The notes under the pieces: generated by a model
What the model was told of the DNA's origin: nothing
The model's database searches: none
What the model saw: the letters and a program-made list of their open reading frames with translations, nothing else
Shown: positions 1 to 8,744 of the stretch, piece by piece
How positions within the stretch are numbered: position 1 is the stretch's first letter
Layout: the number at the start of each line of letters is the position of its first letter
IMG/VR virus record: IMGVR_UViG_3300046542_000168
Coordinates: 32,001 to 96,000 of that record
Direction: 5' to 3' (one strand)
DNA length: 64,000 nt
DNA from: a virus
Position numbers and translations under genes: made by a program

Positions 1-522
1 AGCGAAGTCCAACAACATCGCCTTGTACTCACCAGCGATAGTCGCGTTGGTCATGCTCTTCCACGTCAGGTCGCTGAGCGTAGTTTCGAGGAAGTTCACG
101 AGCCAGTAAGCGTGCGGCACAGTGTTGCGGATCGTCAGGACCGGGATACCCATCGGGACTTTGCGGCCCTCTTCGATGGTCTTAATCTCCAGCGGGAGAT
201 AACCCAGGTCGTGAAGTTTCGACAAGCCGTCAGTACTTACAGAATCTGAGCCCAGGTAGAAGTCGCAGAGCAACTTGAATCGGGCAATTGCCAGGCCCTT
301 ATCCATATCGAAGAACTTTTGCCAGTTCTCGACAATCTCCATAATGGCGCCCTGCATACCGATAACAACAAGTTTGCCGTCGTAGTAGCGGGTTGCCTTC
401 TGGCGATAGATGCGATCAGAGCGGGGAGTTAGGTTGCTGTAGACAGTTTCAGTGCCATCAGCGTACATCGCAGCATGGCCAAGTTTATAGCCGTCGCTGT
501 TGAAGGGTGCAAAGATATTCAA
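1..522 (-). CDS. NAMPT-family protein (likely Namat of NARP1), N-terminal part; runs off the window edge
   Basis: Not in the ORF track. TTG start at 522 after AGGAAG; translates MNIFAPFNSDGYKLGHAAMY..VYSNLTPRS..YWLVNFLETTLSDLTWKSMTNAT, matching NAMPT motifs D-x-Y-K-x-x-H and W-L-x-N-x-x-E-T. Confidence 0.9.
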   Translation of the reverse strand, partial: MNIFAPFNSDGYKLGHAAMYADGTETVYSNLTPRSDRIYRQKATRYYDGKLVVIGMQGAIMEIVENWQKFFDMDKGLAIARFKLLCDFYLGSDSVSTDGLSKLHDLGYLPLEIKTIEEGRKVPMGIPVLTIRNTVPHAYWLVNFLETTLSDLTWKSMTNATIAGEYKAMLLDFA

Positions 523-557
523 TTGTGTCTTCCTGACTTACGAACTTACTGACTTAC

Positions 558-1412
558 TTAAACAACATAGATCCACTCAACCTTTTCGTTGACGACACCG
601 AGATGGTCAACATTGCCCTTAGCTGTGCCGTGGTATGAGTTGGTGGTATAAATTTTATCGTACATGCCGGGAGCGGTTAGTAGTTCAAGGCCCTTAGTGA
701 AGAGGCCGTGTGTAACTACAAGCTTCAAGGCTGCACACTTCTGGCTACGCAGTACAGTCGCCAGTTCTGTAAATGTCTTACCGCCGTCGCAAATGTCATC
801 GGCTACTAGGAGGTTAAGACCTTTTACATCAGCTAGGACTTGGACGCCTTCAATTCTTCCTGTTGCTACATCCCGTACTTTGTTCGCACAGATAACACCT
901 TTAGCGCCAATAGTTGTTGCCAGATTGTGGGCCTTTTTATATGCCCCTGCGTCCGGTGCAACTATATAGTAGTCATTAAAGTTGTCAACGATATTATTGA
1001 ATATCTTTGATTGTGGCATGTTTTCGCAATTCTTAATAACAGCGGACGCCACGTCACTATGAGCATCAAGAAGAACTACAGTGTTGAATCCACAAGAATT
1101 AATCAAAGATCCCATAACCGCAACACTAAGAGCTTCGCCATTTACGCACGGGCGGTCCTGGCGAGCATATGGCATGTACGGCATCCACAAATCCATTTCA
1201 GCTCGTGGATAGTGACGGCGAAGTGCATCTACCGTGAGCAGTAGAGCAATAATGTCGTCGCTAGTTTGAAGTGAAGCGTCAATACGCAGCCAGTCTACTT
1301 TGTTAGATGGGCTTTCGCTACCTACATTGATATCTACTTTAACCTCCCCACCTGGGAACTTACTTACAGATACAGCAGTAGTGTTAAAGCCGAAACGGTA
1401 CTTAATCATCAA
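558..1412 (-). CDS. Ribose-phosphate pyrophosphokinase-like protein (likely Adps of NARP1)
   Basis: Motifs FPGGEVKV, PYMPYARQDR, DAHS, VAPDAGA, VADDICDGGKTF. Confidence 0.92.
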   Translation of the reverse strand: MMIKYRFGFNTTAVSVSKFPGGEVKVDINVGSESPSNKVDWLRIDASLQTSDDIIALLLTVDALRRHYPRAEMDLWMPYMPYARQDRPCVNGEALSVAVMGSLINSCGFNTVVLLDAHSDVASAVIKNCENMPQSKIFNNIVDNFNDYYIVAPDAGAYKKAHNLATTIGAKGVICANKVRDVATGRIEGVQVLADVKGLNLLVADDICDGGKTFTELATVLRSQKCAALKLVVTHGLFTKGLELLTAPGMYDKIYTTNSYHGTAKGNVDHLGVVNEKVEWIYVV

Positions 1413-1740
1413 GAATATCCCAGTTTGAAGAATCGCTAAATGCGTGATCGTGGTCCGACCGTGAAGAGTTTTTGCGAGTCGTAACTACGTCTGCAATATC
1501 TTCAACTGCGGATAAAATCTCATCGAGTACGTCACTTCTCCGTTCATCGCGGGAAGTTGAGCGAGCAAGTCGCCCCTGACTGTACGGAATAGATTGCCGT
1601 GCCGGTGCTGGTGGTCGTACTGGAGGCATCGCCGGACGCTTCACAGTTACAGGCTCAGGCTTCTTCCTGAGTTTAAGTAGGGTGGATAGGGACCAGACAA
1701 CAAGTACCACACCGATGATTACTAACGAACATTCGATCAT
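1402..1740 (-). CDS. Hypothetical membrane-anchored protein
   Basis: N-terminal TM helix; overlaps neighbouring genes in the operon. Confidence 0.7.
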   Translation of the reverse strand: MIECSLVIIGVVLVVWSLSTLLKLRKKPEPVTVKRPAMPPVRPPAPARQSIPYSQGRLARSTSRDERRSDVLDEILSAVEDIADVVTTRKNSSRSDHDHAFSDSSNWDILDD

Positions 1741-2171
1741 ACGACTTCCACTATTGTGCAGATTCCTTCTTTACCATCTTTGATGCGTTGCTCAAGTACT
1801 GACAACTTCTTCTCGGTTTTACTATCCAACATTTTGCGAATTTTTGAGCTGTACTTTGTGAAGAGCACACCTCCGACTACGACAAGTAGCCACACCCAGC
1901 CGACAAGACAAGGGACGATAGCGCTCTTCAGTATGGTGAAGCCGAAGATTGCTGCAATCGGTACGTGGAGCATGCAGAAAGCGAAGTAGATGGCGAATAC
2001 AAGTACAAGCAATCCCAGGGCGATGTATAACAGTGTCTGGATTACGCTACGCAGTGTAGTGCGGATGTAGGTGCAAGTTGTGAACTTACGGCCTCGTGCT
2101 CGATCACGGAACGAGCTGCCCTGAAGTTGCGAGTTGAATCGGTAATGCCAGGAACGTTTGGAGATTTGCAT
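1737..2171 (-). CDS. Hypothetical membrane protein (2 TM)
   Basis: Two hydrophobic segments; GAAGG SD; ATGA overlap with next gene. Confidence 0.75.
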   Translation of the reverse strand: MQISKRSWHYRFNSQLQGSSFRDRARGRKFTTCTYIRTTLRSVIQTLLYIALGLLVLVFAIYFAFCMLHVPIAAIFGFTILKSAIVPCLVGWVWLLVVVGGVLFTKYSSKIRKMLDSKTEKKLSVLEQRIKDGKEGICTIVEVV

Positions 2172-2662
2172 GTTTCACCTTCTCGGTCGTATACATGGAC
2201 TTGAAAGCCACGGGTAATAAGTTGACGCTCAATCATCGGCAGTACTTCGTCTTGCCAGGAAGCCCCGCCCAGTCCGCAACCCAGTCGCGGGAGGCAAATA
2301 GCTAGGCCGAGTTCACCGCCCAGGAAGAAGTGGCGAGCGAATGCAGACATTGCTGTTTCTAGTTCAGCAGGGAGTGTGTACTTTCTCCCGTCCCGTCCAT
2401 ATGTGTATTGCCCATACAGGTTAACTATGTACCCATATAACTTGTCGATCCCGACGTAGCTATATGTACCCAGCTTGTCTGGATCACCCTTCTGTGTCTT
2501 GCAGTCTACTGCGTATGCTTCGGGGAATTCCTCTCGGATGGCTTTCGCCACCCCAGAGTTCATCGTGTTGAAACAGTTTGCTTGGTGCAGCAGGGCGAAG
2601 TATTGGCCAGTCTTAAATGCTTCAACTACACAGCCGGTGCGGTACTCAATCATCCTGCTCAA
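2042..2662 (-). CDS. Macro-domain (Appr-1-p processing / ADP-ribose-binding) protein
   Basis: HQANCFNTMNSGVAKAI, IVNLYGQY, PRLGCGLGGASW motifs. Confidence 0.88.
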   Translation of the reverse strand: MSRMIEYRTGCVVEAFKTGQYFALLHQANCFNTMNSGVAKAIREEFPEAYAVDCKTQKGDPDKLGTYSYVGIDKLYGYIVNLYGQYTYGRDGRKYTLPAELETAMSAFARHFFLGGELGLAICLPRLGCGLGGASWQDEVLPMIERQLITRGFQVHVYDREGETCKSPNVPGITDSTRNFRAARSVIEHEAVSSQLAPTSALHCVA

Positions 2663-3734
2663 CCCCGATCAGTTTCCACACGTTACCGTCTTTCTCGAAG
2701 TTCCAGTACTGCTTGATGCGAATAGCACCAGTACCATCGTCCAACTTAGCCTCAAACAATACGGAACCACGCAACTTGCCTTGTTCTACTACAACGTCGA
2801 TTGTTCGGTGCTCAAACATCAAGACCTTCGACGGAGCGGACAAACACTCTTCTACCGGCAAGTACTTGGTGTTAGCTTCTACCCAGGTAGCGTCATCGCT
2901 GTGCTTCTGGAATTCGTAGAAGATTGCCATCGCTCTTGAATCGAGGTCATCAAACTCTGATGGACCTTTAGGCGACAGGTCGAACTTTTCCTTGATCTTC
3001 CCTTCTACTCGGTCACGTACTTCTTTTTTACGACCAAGAGTTACCAACTTGTAAATCCCATAACCGATTGCACCAACAACGCTCAAGAAGAAAGCCAGCT
3101 TGATGACGAACCACAGGGCACCCCACAGAGCGCCGAAGAACGAGAATCCCGATTCCTGAGGTTGCTGTTGCTGCACGATCACTACTGGCTGTTGCTGCTG
3201 TTGCGATTGTGGCTGGTAGTATTGCTGTGGTGCCGCCTGGGGAGCCTGCTGTACGGGTGCTGCTACCGGTTGGCCCTGCTGGTTGAAGTACTGCCCAGGG
3301 TATTGCGGGTGGGTAAACATGCCAGCATGACCGGGGCTGCTAATCAGTGCGGTAATTGCACTTGCGGCCAAGATCCCGCCACCAACGCCTGCGGCAGTTA
3401 CACCGATGTCCCGCATGGTGGAGCTTTGGCGCGGCTGGTTGTACGAGTTGCTACGGTAGTTGTTATCGCTGTAACCGCTGTTGTAGTTGCTCTTGTAGCC
3501 ACTGTTGTTACTGCTGCCAGAGCTGTAGCTTGAGCTTGAGCTACTAGACGAGTACGAAGGCGTCTTGTAAGTGGTAGCCGGTTTACTATACGAAGTAGTA
3601 GCTGGCCGACTGTAAGAGCGGGAAACACCGCTAGAACCACGCGAACCACCAAACGCCGCAAAAGTGACATCAGTAAAAACGACCATACCCATCGCAAGCA
3701 GCGGTACAAACAACTTCCTCATTTTCATATCCAT
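2646..3734 (-). CDS. Membrane protein with signal peptide, low-complexity linker and Tim44-like C-terminal domain
   Basis: Signal peptide, GGSRG/S/Q-rich region, TM helix, C-terminal QYWNFEKDGNVWKLIGVEQ typical of bacterial Tim44-like proteins. Confidence 0.7.
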   Translation of the reverse strand: MDMKMRKLFVPLLAMGMVVFTDVTFAAFGGSRGSSGVSRSYSRPATTSYSKPATTYKTPSYSSSSSSSSYSSGSSNNSGYKSNYNSGYSDNNYRSNSYNQPRQSSTMRDIGVTAAGVGGGILAASAITALISSPGHAGMFTHPQYPGQYFNQQGQPVAAPVQQAPQAAPQQYYQPQSQQQQQPVVIVQQQQPQESGFSFFGALWGALWFVIKLAFFLSVVGAIGYGIYKLVTLGRKKEVRDRVEGKIKEKFDLSPKGPSEFDDLDSRAMAIFYEFQKHSDDATWVEANTKYLPVEECLSAPSKVLMFEHRTIDVVVEQGKLRGSVLFEAKLDDGTGAIRIKQYWNFEKDGNVWKLIGVEQDD

Positions 3735-4279
3735 TAGTGATGCGTGATAATTTCTTTAGTATCGAGAAGAGCTTTAATCTCATCCCAGTTCCAGGGAGAC
3801 ATATCCGCTTCAGGGCGGTTGTCGATCCCCACGTTCAAGCTACGGCCCCGGACATTTCCGTAAGTGGCATGTACATGCCCGAACAAATGGAAGGCGCCTC
3901 GATGACACTGGTTCCACTCGTGAATCGGATAATGGAACATGCAAACCCGCTGAGTTCCGATCTTGATTTCCTTGTAATCCTGGCGAGAGTTGAAGTACTG
4001 GGCAAACTTAGCCGCTCTCAGTGCTTCGTCGTGATTGCCATAGATCAGATGGATATCGCCTTTCAGTCGTTTCAGTAGTTGCTCAGTCTGTTCAATGCTG
4101 CCGAACGATACGTCTCCAAGGTGATAGATCCGGTCCCCTGGGCGAACACACTGATTCCAGTTGTAAATCATCAGTTCGTTGTGTTCTTCCAGGGAAACCT
4201 GGGGCCTTGTATCGGGACAGAACTGCTGTACTCGGTTGTGGTGCCAATGTGTGTCAGATGTGAACCAGATGTTCGTCAT
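3734..4279 (-). CDS. Calcineurin-like metallophosphoesterase
   Basis: SDTH, HLGD, GNHD, FHYP, GHVH motifs. Confidence 0.92.
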   Translation of the reverse strand: MTNIWFTSDTHWHHNRVQQFCPDTRPQVSLEEHNELMIYNWNQCVRPGDRIYHLGDVSFGSIEQTEQLLKRLKGDIHLIYGNHDEALRAAKFAQYFNSRQDYKEIKIGTQRVCMFHYPIHEWNQCHRGAFHLFGHVHATYGNVRGRSLNVGIDNRPEADMSPWNWDEIKALLDTKEIITHH

Positions 4280-4542
4280 TCAAGCCACACATAGCCCTCA
4301 GCGAACAGCTCAGGCACAGCAGCCTCGAAGGCTAGTTCAACTTCACGCTCAAATTCACGGGCCTCATCAGCGGTTGTGAATTCATCCTCTAGTACAGTAG
4401 CGAGGATCATTGTGATTACCTCATCTTCCACCATGTCGATATCGCGAATGAAAGCTTTAACTGCCTCCTTGGGATCAGTGGCACGCTCGATGGCATTATT
4501 CAGGCTACGGGTGGTTTCAATTGCAAGTGCAACAACGGTCAT
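4276..4542 (-). CDS. Hypothetical acidic protein
   Basis: ATGA overlaps with both neighbours. Confidence 0.7.
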   Translation of the reverse strand: MTVVALAIETTRSLNNAIERATDPKEAVKAFIRDIDMVEDEVITMILATVLEDEFTTADEAREFEREVELAFEAAVPELFAEGYVWLE

Positions 4543-5132
4543 GGTGTATCCCTATAAAATTTATGTTTGCCGACTGTGGCGACGTATTGCATCTTGTTCG
4601 TCCACTTCGGCCTAACTTTTAAAGTGTGGTAGTGGTCAGACTTCCCGATGGGATTCTCAACCTCTCCGTGAAGTACCTGATAACTCGTGATGTACGCTCG
4701 TTCCCAGTCCTCTGGCTTAGGCTTAACCTTCTGCCGTTTCGTGACATATGAGAACTGAGCCTTCTGGTTAACAACCCCTCTAACTGTCTTTGGCCAGCGA
4801 GCAGGGTTCTTAGTACGTTCAACAATGACGTAGCCGACAGCTACAGCCCCCATCATGGATTCGCCTCTGGCTTCATATACCAGGGCCTCAGCCATCTTTG
4901 AGCATTCACTACTCCGCTTACAACGTTGCTGCCGATCTGTATCAGTTAACTCTCTGGGGTACTGCTTTTTAGCAACAGCGGCGTAGTTCAAACTCACCGG
5001 GACAACTTCTTTTCGGCTGTACTGCTCAGCCCAGGAAGCGAATGTCTGATCCACTGCCCAGTCACAAGTGTGCAACACAATCGCAAGACACAAGGCCATT
5101 GCGTAGAACTGGAAATCAGCCCGGTGAAACAT
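4539..5132 (-). CDS. SleB-like cell wall hydrolase (Hydrolase_2) with N-terminal hydrophobic segment
   Basis: ALVYEARGE, WPKTVRGVVNQKAQFS, HYH, VGKHKFY. Confidence 0.88.
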   Translation of the reverse strand: MFHRADFQFYAMALCLAIVLHTCDWAVDQTFASWAEQYSRKEVVPVSLNYAAVAKKQYPRELTDTDRQQRCKRSSECSKMAEALVYEARGESMMGAVAVGYVIVERTKNPARWPKTVRGVVNQKAQFSYVTKRQKVKPKPEDWERAYITSYQVLHGEVENPIGKSDHYHTLKVRPKWTNKMQYVATVGKHKFYRDTP

Positions 5133-5142
5133 GCCCTACTCC

Positions 5143-5493
5143 TTACAACAGCGCGACCTTGTGTTGCCGAACGGTCACGTTTCTACGGAGATTACGACCA
5201 GCGAGCCATACTTTCTTAATAAAGCCCTGCCCTTTAAGGGGCTCTCCCATCGCCGCCATGGTGTTGTTGTAAAGTGCAACCATGTTATCCAAGGTCATGA
5301 CACGGCTTGCAGGATTGTCGATCACAAATAGCCCTTGCTGGACCTGATAACCCTGGAAGTTCGCAAACTTCTCCAGGCACATCAATTGCAACTGGCTGGT
5401 GTCGTAAATCTGCGTGTTATCCTCGGGGAGCGACTTCAGGTTCTCCATGATCGTAAAAATGTATTTATCTAGGTGATGCTCGATACGCTGCAT
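5143..5493 (-). CDS. Hypothetical protein
   Basis: TAATG coupling within the operon. Confidence 0.7.
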   Translation of the reverse strand: MQRIEHHLDKYIFTIMENLKSLPEDNTQIYDTSQLQLMCLEKFANFQGYQVQQGLFVIDNPASRVMTLDNMVALYNNTMAAMGEPLKGQGFIKKVWLAGRNLRRNVTVRQHKVALL

Positions 5494-5960
5494 TAATTGT
5501 CCATTTGCGTAATAAAGTTTAAATCGTCCATGCTCAACTCTGTGTACTCGTCCCCGTGTTGTAGCAGAACTCGCACACCGGCATTCAGGAAGTGGGCCAG
5601 CCCTTCTGTTGTTCGGTAGAACTCCTTAAAGACAAACTCCTTAATCCCCGCGTCCACAATATCTACCGCACACAGATAACAACTCGAATGCGTACAGAAC
5701 ATCGTGGCACCAACGGCGCTCTCAGAAGACCTTACAAGACCCATAAGAGCGTTCTTCTCGCTATGCCGTACCTCTGGCTTAGTTTTGTCGTTGCTGTCCT
5801 CCAGCGGCCCGTGTAGGTGCTCAGGAAGAGCGTTATACCCACACGAGATGATACGGTTGCCTTTAACAATCACCGTACCTACTTTCAGACGTTCTCCAAC
5901 ACTGCAACCAGCGAAAGCGTGAGCACATGACATATAAGCGTGCATGTGTTTGAGCTTCAT
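5493..5960 (-). CDS. dCMP deaminase
   Basis: KVGTVIV..GYN, HSEKNA, CYLC zinc motif. Confidence 0.9.
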   Translation of the reverse strand: MKLKHMHAYMSCAHAFAGCSVGERLKVGTVIVKGNRIISCGYNALPEHLHGPLEDSNDKTKPEVRHSEKNALMGLVRSSESAVGATMFCTHSSCYLCAVDIVDAGIKEFVFKEFYRTTEGLAHFLNAGVRVLLQHGDEYTELSMDDLNFITQMDN

Positions 5961-6235
5961 GGGTAAATGATGAACACCTTATGCACCTGCTGACTCTCTT
6001 CGTTTACATCAACCTCTAACAACGTGTCGTAAGTGGTCTGAAGATCCTCTGTAATAAAACAGAAGTCAGTGCCTCGGGCGTAGTCATAACTGTTGCCCTC
6101 ACTGTCACCCTGGACAACGATAGGGTTATCACCAAACCTTTCGATATCAAGCTTAAGCTGTCGAACCAGTTCACTCGCTAGTAGCACAAGCCAACTCCGA
6201 TTCAATTTGCAGATACGCTCGCATCGCACCAACAC
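5957..6235 (-). CDS. Hypothetical protein (true start probably downstream of the track start)
   Basis: Operon position; ATGA overlap at 3' end. Confidence 0.55.
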   Translation of the reverse strand: MLVRCERICKLNRSWLVLLASELVRQLKLDIERFGDNPIVVQGDSEGNSYDYARGTDFCFITEDLQTTYDTLLEVDVNEESQQVHKVFIIYP

Positions 6236-6548
6236 GGAAATCCACCAAGTTCTTATTCATGCGGAACTCTGCCGGGTAGAACTGCCGTTCAAGTTGCTCT
6301 GGTGATACGGTAATGTAGTTGCCGAAGTCCGTGAGAATGCAATACCAAGTGAAGGGGACTTCTTCAATTGTTTCCTCAATTACCTCGACAACGATCCCGT
6401 TGCCAGTGCGGCGACCATCTCTGGTCGATAGCTGAGCATACAGTTCCACTTCGCCGTGCAAGTTCTTGTCGGCCCAGTGCGGTAAGCGGTATTCGTACTT
6501 CAGCCCAGGGTGTGGCCCACGAGTCGTACCAGTTTCAATTGCACTCAT
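6171..6548 (-). CDS. Hypothetical protein
   Basis: TAATG coupling. Confidence 0.7.
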   Translation of the reverse strand: MSAIETGTTRGPHPGLKYEYRLPHWADKNLHGEVELYAQLSTRDGRRTGNGIVVEVIEETIEEVPFTWYCILTDFGNYITVSPEQLERQFYPAEFRMNKNLVDFRVGAMRAYLQIESELACATSE

Positions 6549-6817
6549 TACACATCCTTCGGCAGTCCGGCGTTAACCATGCCGAGTACTGCGGTTTTAA
6601 TCAGACTGAAGAAGTTTTTCACAATCCGGCATGGCAGCAGGATAGGACCAATGAACGCTTCGCCCAGGACTTCATAGAAGTCAGATTCAGTTACACGGCG
6701 ACCTTGAGCTTGACGCTCGAAGCGGAGTGCGAACAAGGCGTAGATCACATACACGGCGTAGATAACGCCGTAAGCAATTGCAATGGCCAACCACTTGGCC
6801 AGGATAAAATCAATCAT
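6548..6817 (-). CDS. Hypothetical membrane protein
   Basis: TM helix; operon position. Confidence 0.7.
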   Translation of the reverse strand: MIDFILAKWLAIAIAYGVIYAVYVIYALFALRFERQAQGRRVTESDFYEVLGEAFIGPILLPCRIVKNFFSLIKTAVLGMVNAGLPKDV

Positions 6818-7005
6818 TTAATTCTCTCGAAGTATTCGTCAAACAGGATCACTTCCCCAATGGACTCGATATCTACAAAGAAGAGGTCTTCGTCCTCATC
6901 TAGGTCAACGATCAGACCTTCTAGTCCTAGTAGTTGGTGTTTGCCGTTTTTGTTTCCCCAGCTAAATTCTTTAACTATTCGAACTTTGTCGTTGATCTGA
7001 AACAT
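6814..7005 (-). CDS. Small hypothetical protein (SH3/KOW-like pattern)
   Basis: FQINDKVRI...G.IV pattern; GAGGGA SD. Confidence 0.6.
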   Translation of the reverse strand: MFQINDKVRIVKEFSWGNKNGKHQLLGLEGLIVDLDEDEDLFFVDIESIGEVILFDEYFERIK

Positions 7006-7153
7006 CTCGTCCCTCTAGTTTCCGCCAAGCGGCATCAGTTTCTTTCAGAAGTGTGTCCAGCTCTTTCCACTTCTTCTCCTTGTAAAGCTCCAGGGCTTTA
7101 CTACCAGGGGCAAGGTAATGCCCTGGCCTGTATTCAACGGCATCGCGGTACAT
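6971..7153 (-). CDS. Small hypothetical protein
   Basis: GAAGG SD; LAPGSKALELY. Confidence 0.6.
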   Translation of the reverse strand: MYRDAVEYRPGHYLAPGSKALELYKEKKWKELDTLLKETDAAWRKLEGRDVSDQRQSSNS

Positions 7154-7198
7154 ATTGAGCCTTCGGAGATTGGCGCCCGCATAACAGGCGCCATATAA

Positions 7199-7873
7199 TT
7201 ACTCGTCGTCTTGTGCTTCGAAGTACTGCTTCATCTCGGCCATCTCTTGCTCTTCTTTCTCTGCCCGGTACGCAGCGTACTTAGGCAAGCGATCACGCAA
7301 ATCATCTGCGTGGAAGTACAAGTCCCGGCCATAGTCGAGAATCTGCACGAACTCTTCATCTGTGAGGAAGCCAGCGTATGTACGCTCTACCCACTCACGG
7401 TTGATTCGCTCCGTATAGGCGACGCTCAATCGAACATCCGACTCTTTGCCGTAGCCTGGAGAGTAGGAGCAGGCATGAATCATCATGGTGCTGCTGTCGT
7501 AAACGACCCACTCATCAGCGTGCAAAGCAATCGCGGAACATGCACTAGCACAGGTCAAGCCAATTTCAGCAATGATCTTCGCACGGCATTCATCCATTCG
7601 ACGGCAGAGGTAGTCACAAGTCTCCATACTTCCGCCTGGGGAAGAGAGTTGGAAATAAACCTCGTCGTCTTCAGTGGCGTGAGCAAGAATCTCTACTTCC
7701 TCACCGAACTCATCAATCTCGCCAATCGGTACAGTGATCGGAATTACAAACTCCGTGAACACTTTCTGACGGGCAATGATGTTCTTCGGTCGCTGGCCAG
7801 AGATAGGCATCAATGCCATACCATCTGGGTAAACACCGTCATTCACCTTCTTGTTCTTATCAGTCATCACCAT
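7199..7873 (-). CDS. ClpP-like protease
   Basis: LSSPGGS, CASACSAI (catalytic Ser), MMIH. Confidence 0.85.
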   Translation of the reverse strand: MVMTDKNKKVNDGVYPDGMALMPISGQRPKNIIARQKVFTEFVIPITVPIGEIDEFGEEVEILAHATEDDEVYFQLSSPGGSMETCDYLCRRMDECRAKIIAEIGLTCASACSAIALHADEWVVYDSSTMMIHACSYSPGYGKESDVRLSVAYTERINREWVERTYAGFLTDEEFVQILDYGRDLYFHADDLRDRLPKYAAYRAEKEEQEMAEMKQYFEAQDDE

Positions 7874-8655
7874 GCCCCCTGACTTTCGAAGATGCTGGCC
7901 AAGTGGCCAGAGATTCCCGAACGGCAGTTGTGCTCAGGTGAAAACTTGATAACTACAGCGTCCTCGTGCGGGTGAGCTGCCAGAGCCTCTTCCAACTTCT
8001 TCAAACCGTTTTCAGCAGGCTTGAGGGCCGACTGAGTGATGTCCCCTGCACAGATGAGTTGGCAACCCTCTTCCATGCGTGTAACCAGGGCCTTGATTTG
8101 AGCCGGGTAAGCGTTCTGAAGCTCGTCTGCAAGGATGATCGTGCGAGGGCCGAACGACAGCCCCTGAATCTTCTCGATAGGCACGATCTGGATGCCGGAT
8201 GCTTCTTGAAAGAGCCCTTCCTGTACTTCATACCGGAAGTTGTTCTGCAAGATGCCGATGCCCAGGTACTTCTTAAACTTGGTCAACATGCTCATACAGA
8301 ACGGCAAGAGCTTCTGAGTGTCGTTGCCCGTTACAGCGCCGTAGTCATTCCCCAGGGACTGGTGCGGACGGCAGATTACGATGTTGTCAATCTTACCTTC
8401 CAGCCACAACTTACTGGCCCACCAAGCCATCAGTTCTGTTTTACCAGTACCAGCAGAGCCCGACAGAACAATCATCTGCTTCTCAACGAATGCAGCGAGA
8501 GCCAACTTCTGGGGGGCACTTTTAGCGGAGAGCGCTACAACACGGGCCGCTCGTTCTTCCTGAAAGCTCTCCTTCTTCGGAGGGCGTCCACCTTGCTCTT
8601 GCTTATTAACTTCACGGGCTTGTTTTACAGCCTGTTGCGTTCTCTTACTTCCCAA
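7867..8655 (-). CDS. phoH: PhoH-like ATPase
   Basis: GSAGTGKT, ILADELQN, AGDITQS. Confidence 0.93.
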   Translation of the reverse strand: MGSKRTQQAVKQAREVNKQEQGGRPPKKESFQEERAARVVALSAKSAPQKLALAAFVEKQMIVLSGSAGTGKTELMAWWASKLWLEGKIDNIVICRPHQSLGNDYGAVTGNDTQKLLPFCMSMLTKFKKYLGIGILQNNFRYEVQEGLFQEASGIQIVPIEKIQGLSFGPRTIILADELQNAYPAQIKALVTRMEEGCQLICAGDITQSALKPAENGLKKLEEALAAHPHEDAVVIKFSPEHNCRSGISGHLASIFESQGAW

Positions 8656-8744
8656 TCTACAGCTCCATCTGTTTCTTGAATAACGAGCATCATTTCTCGC
8701 CTGTATCTTCGCCGGACATCTTCACTAATGAACGGCGATGAATC

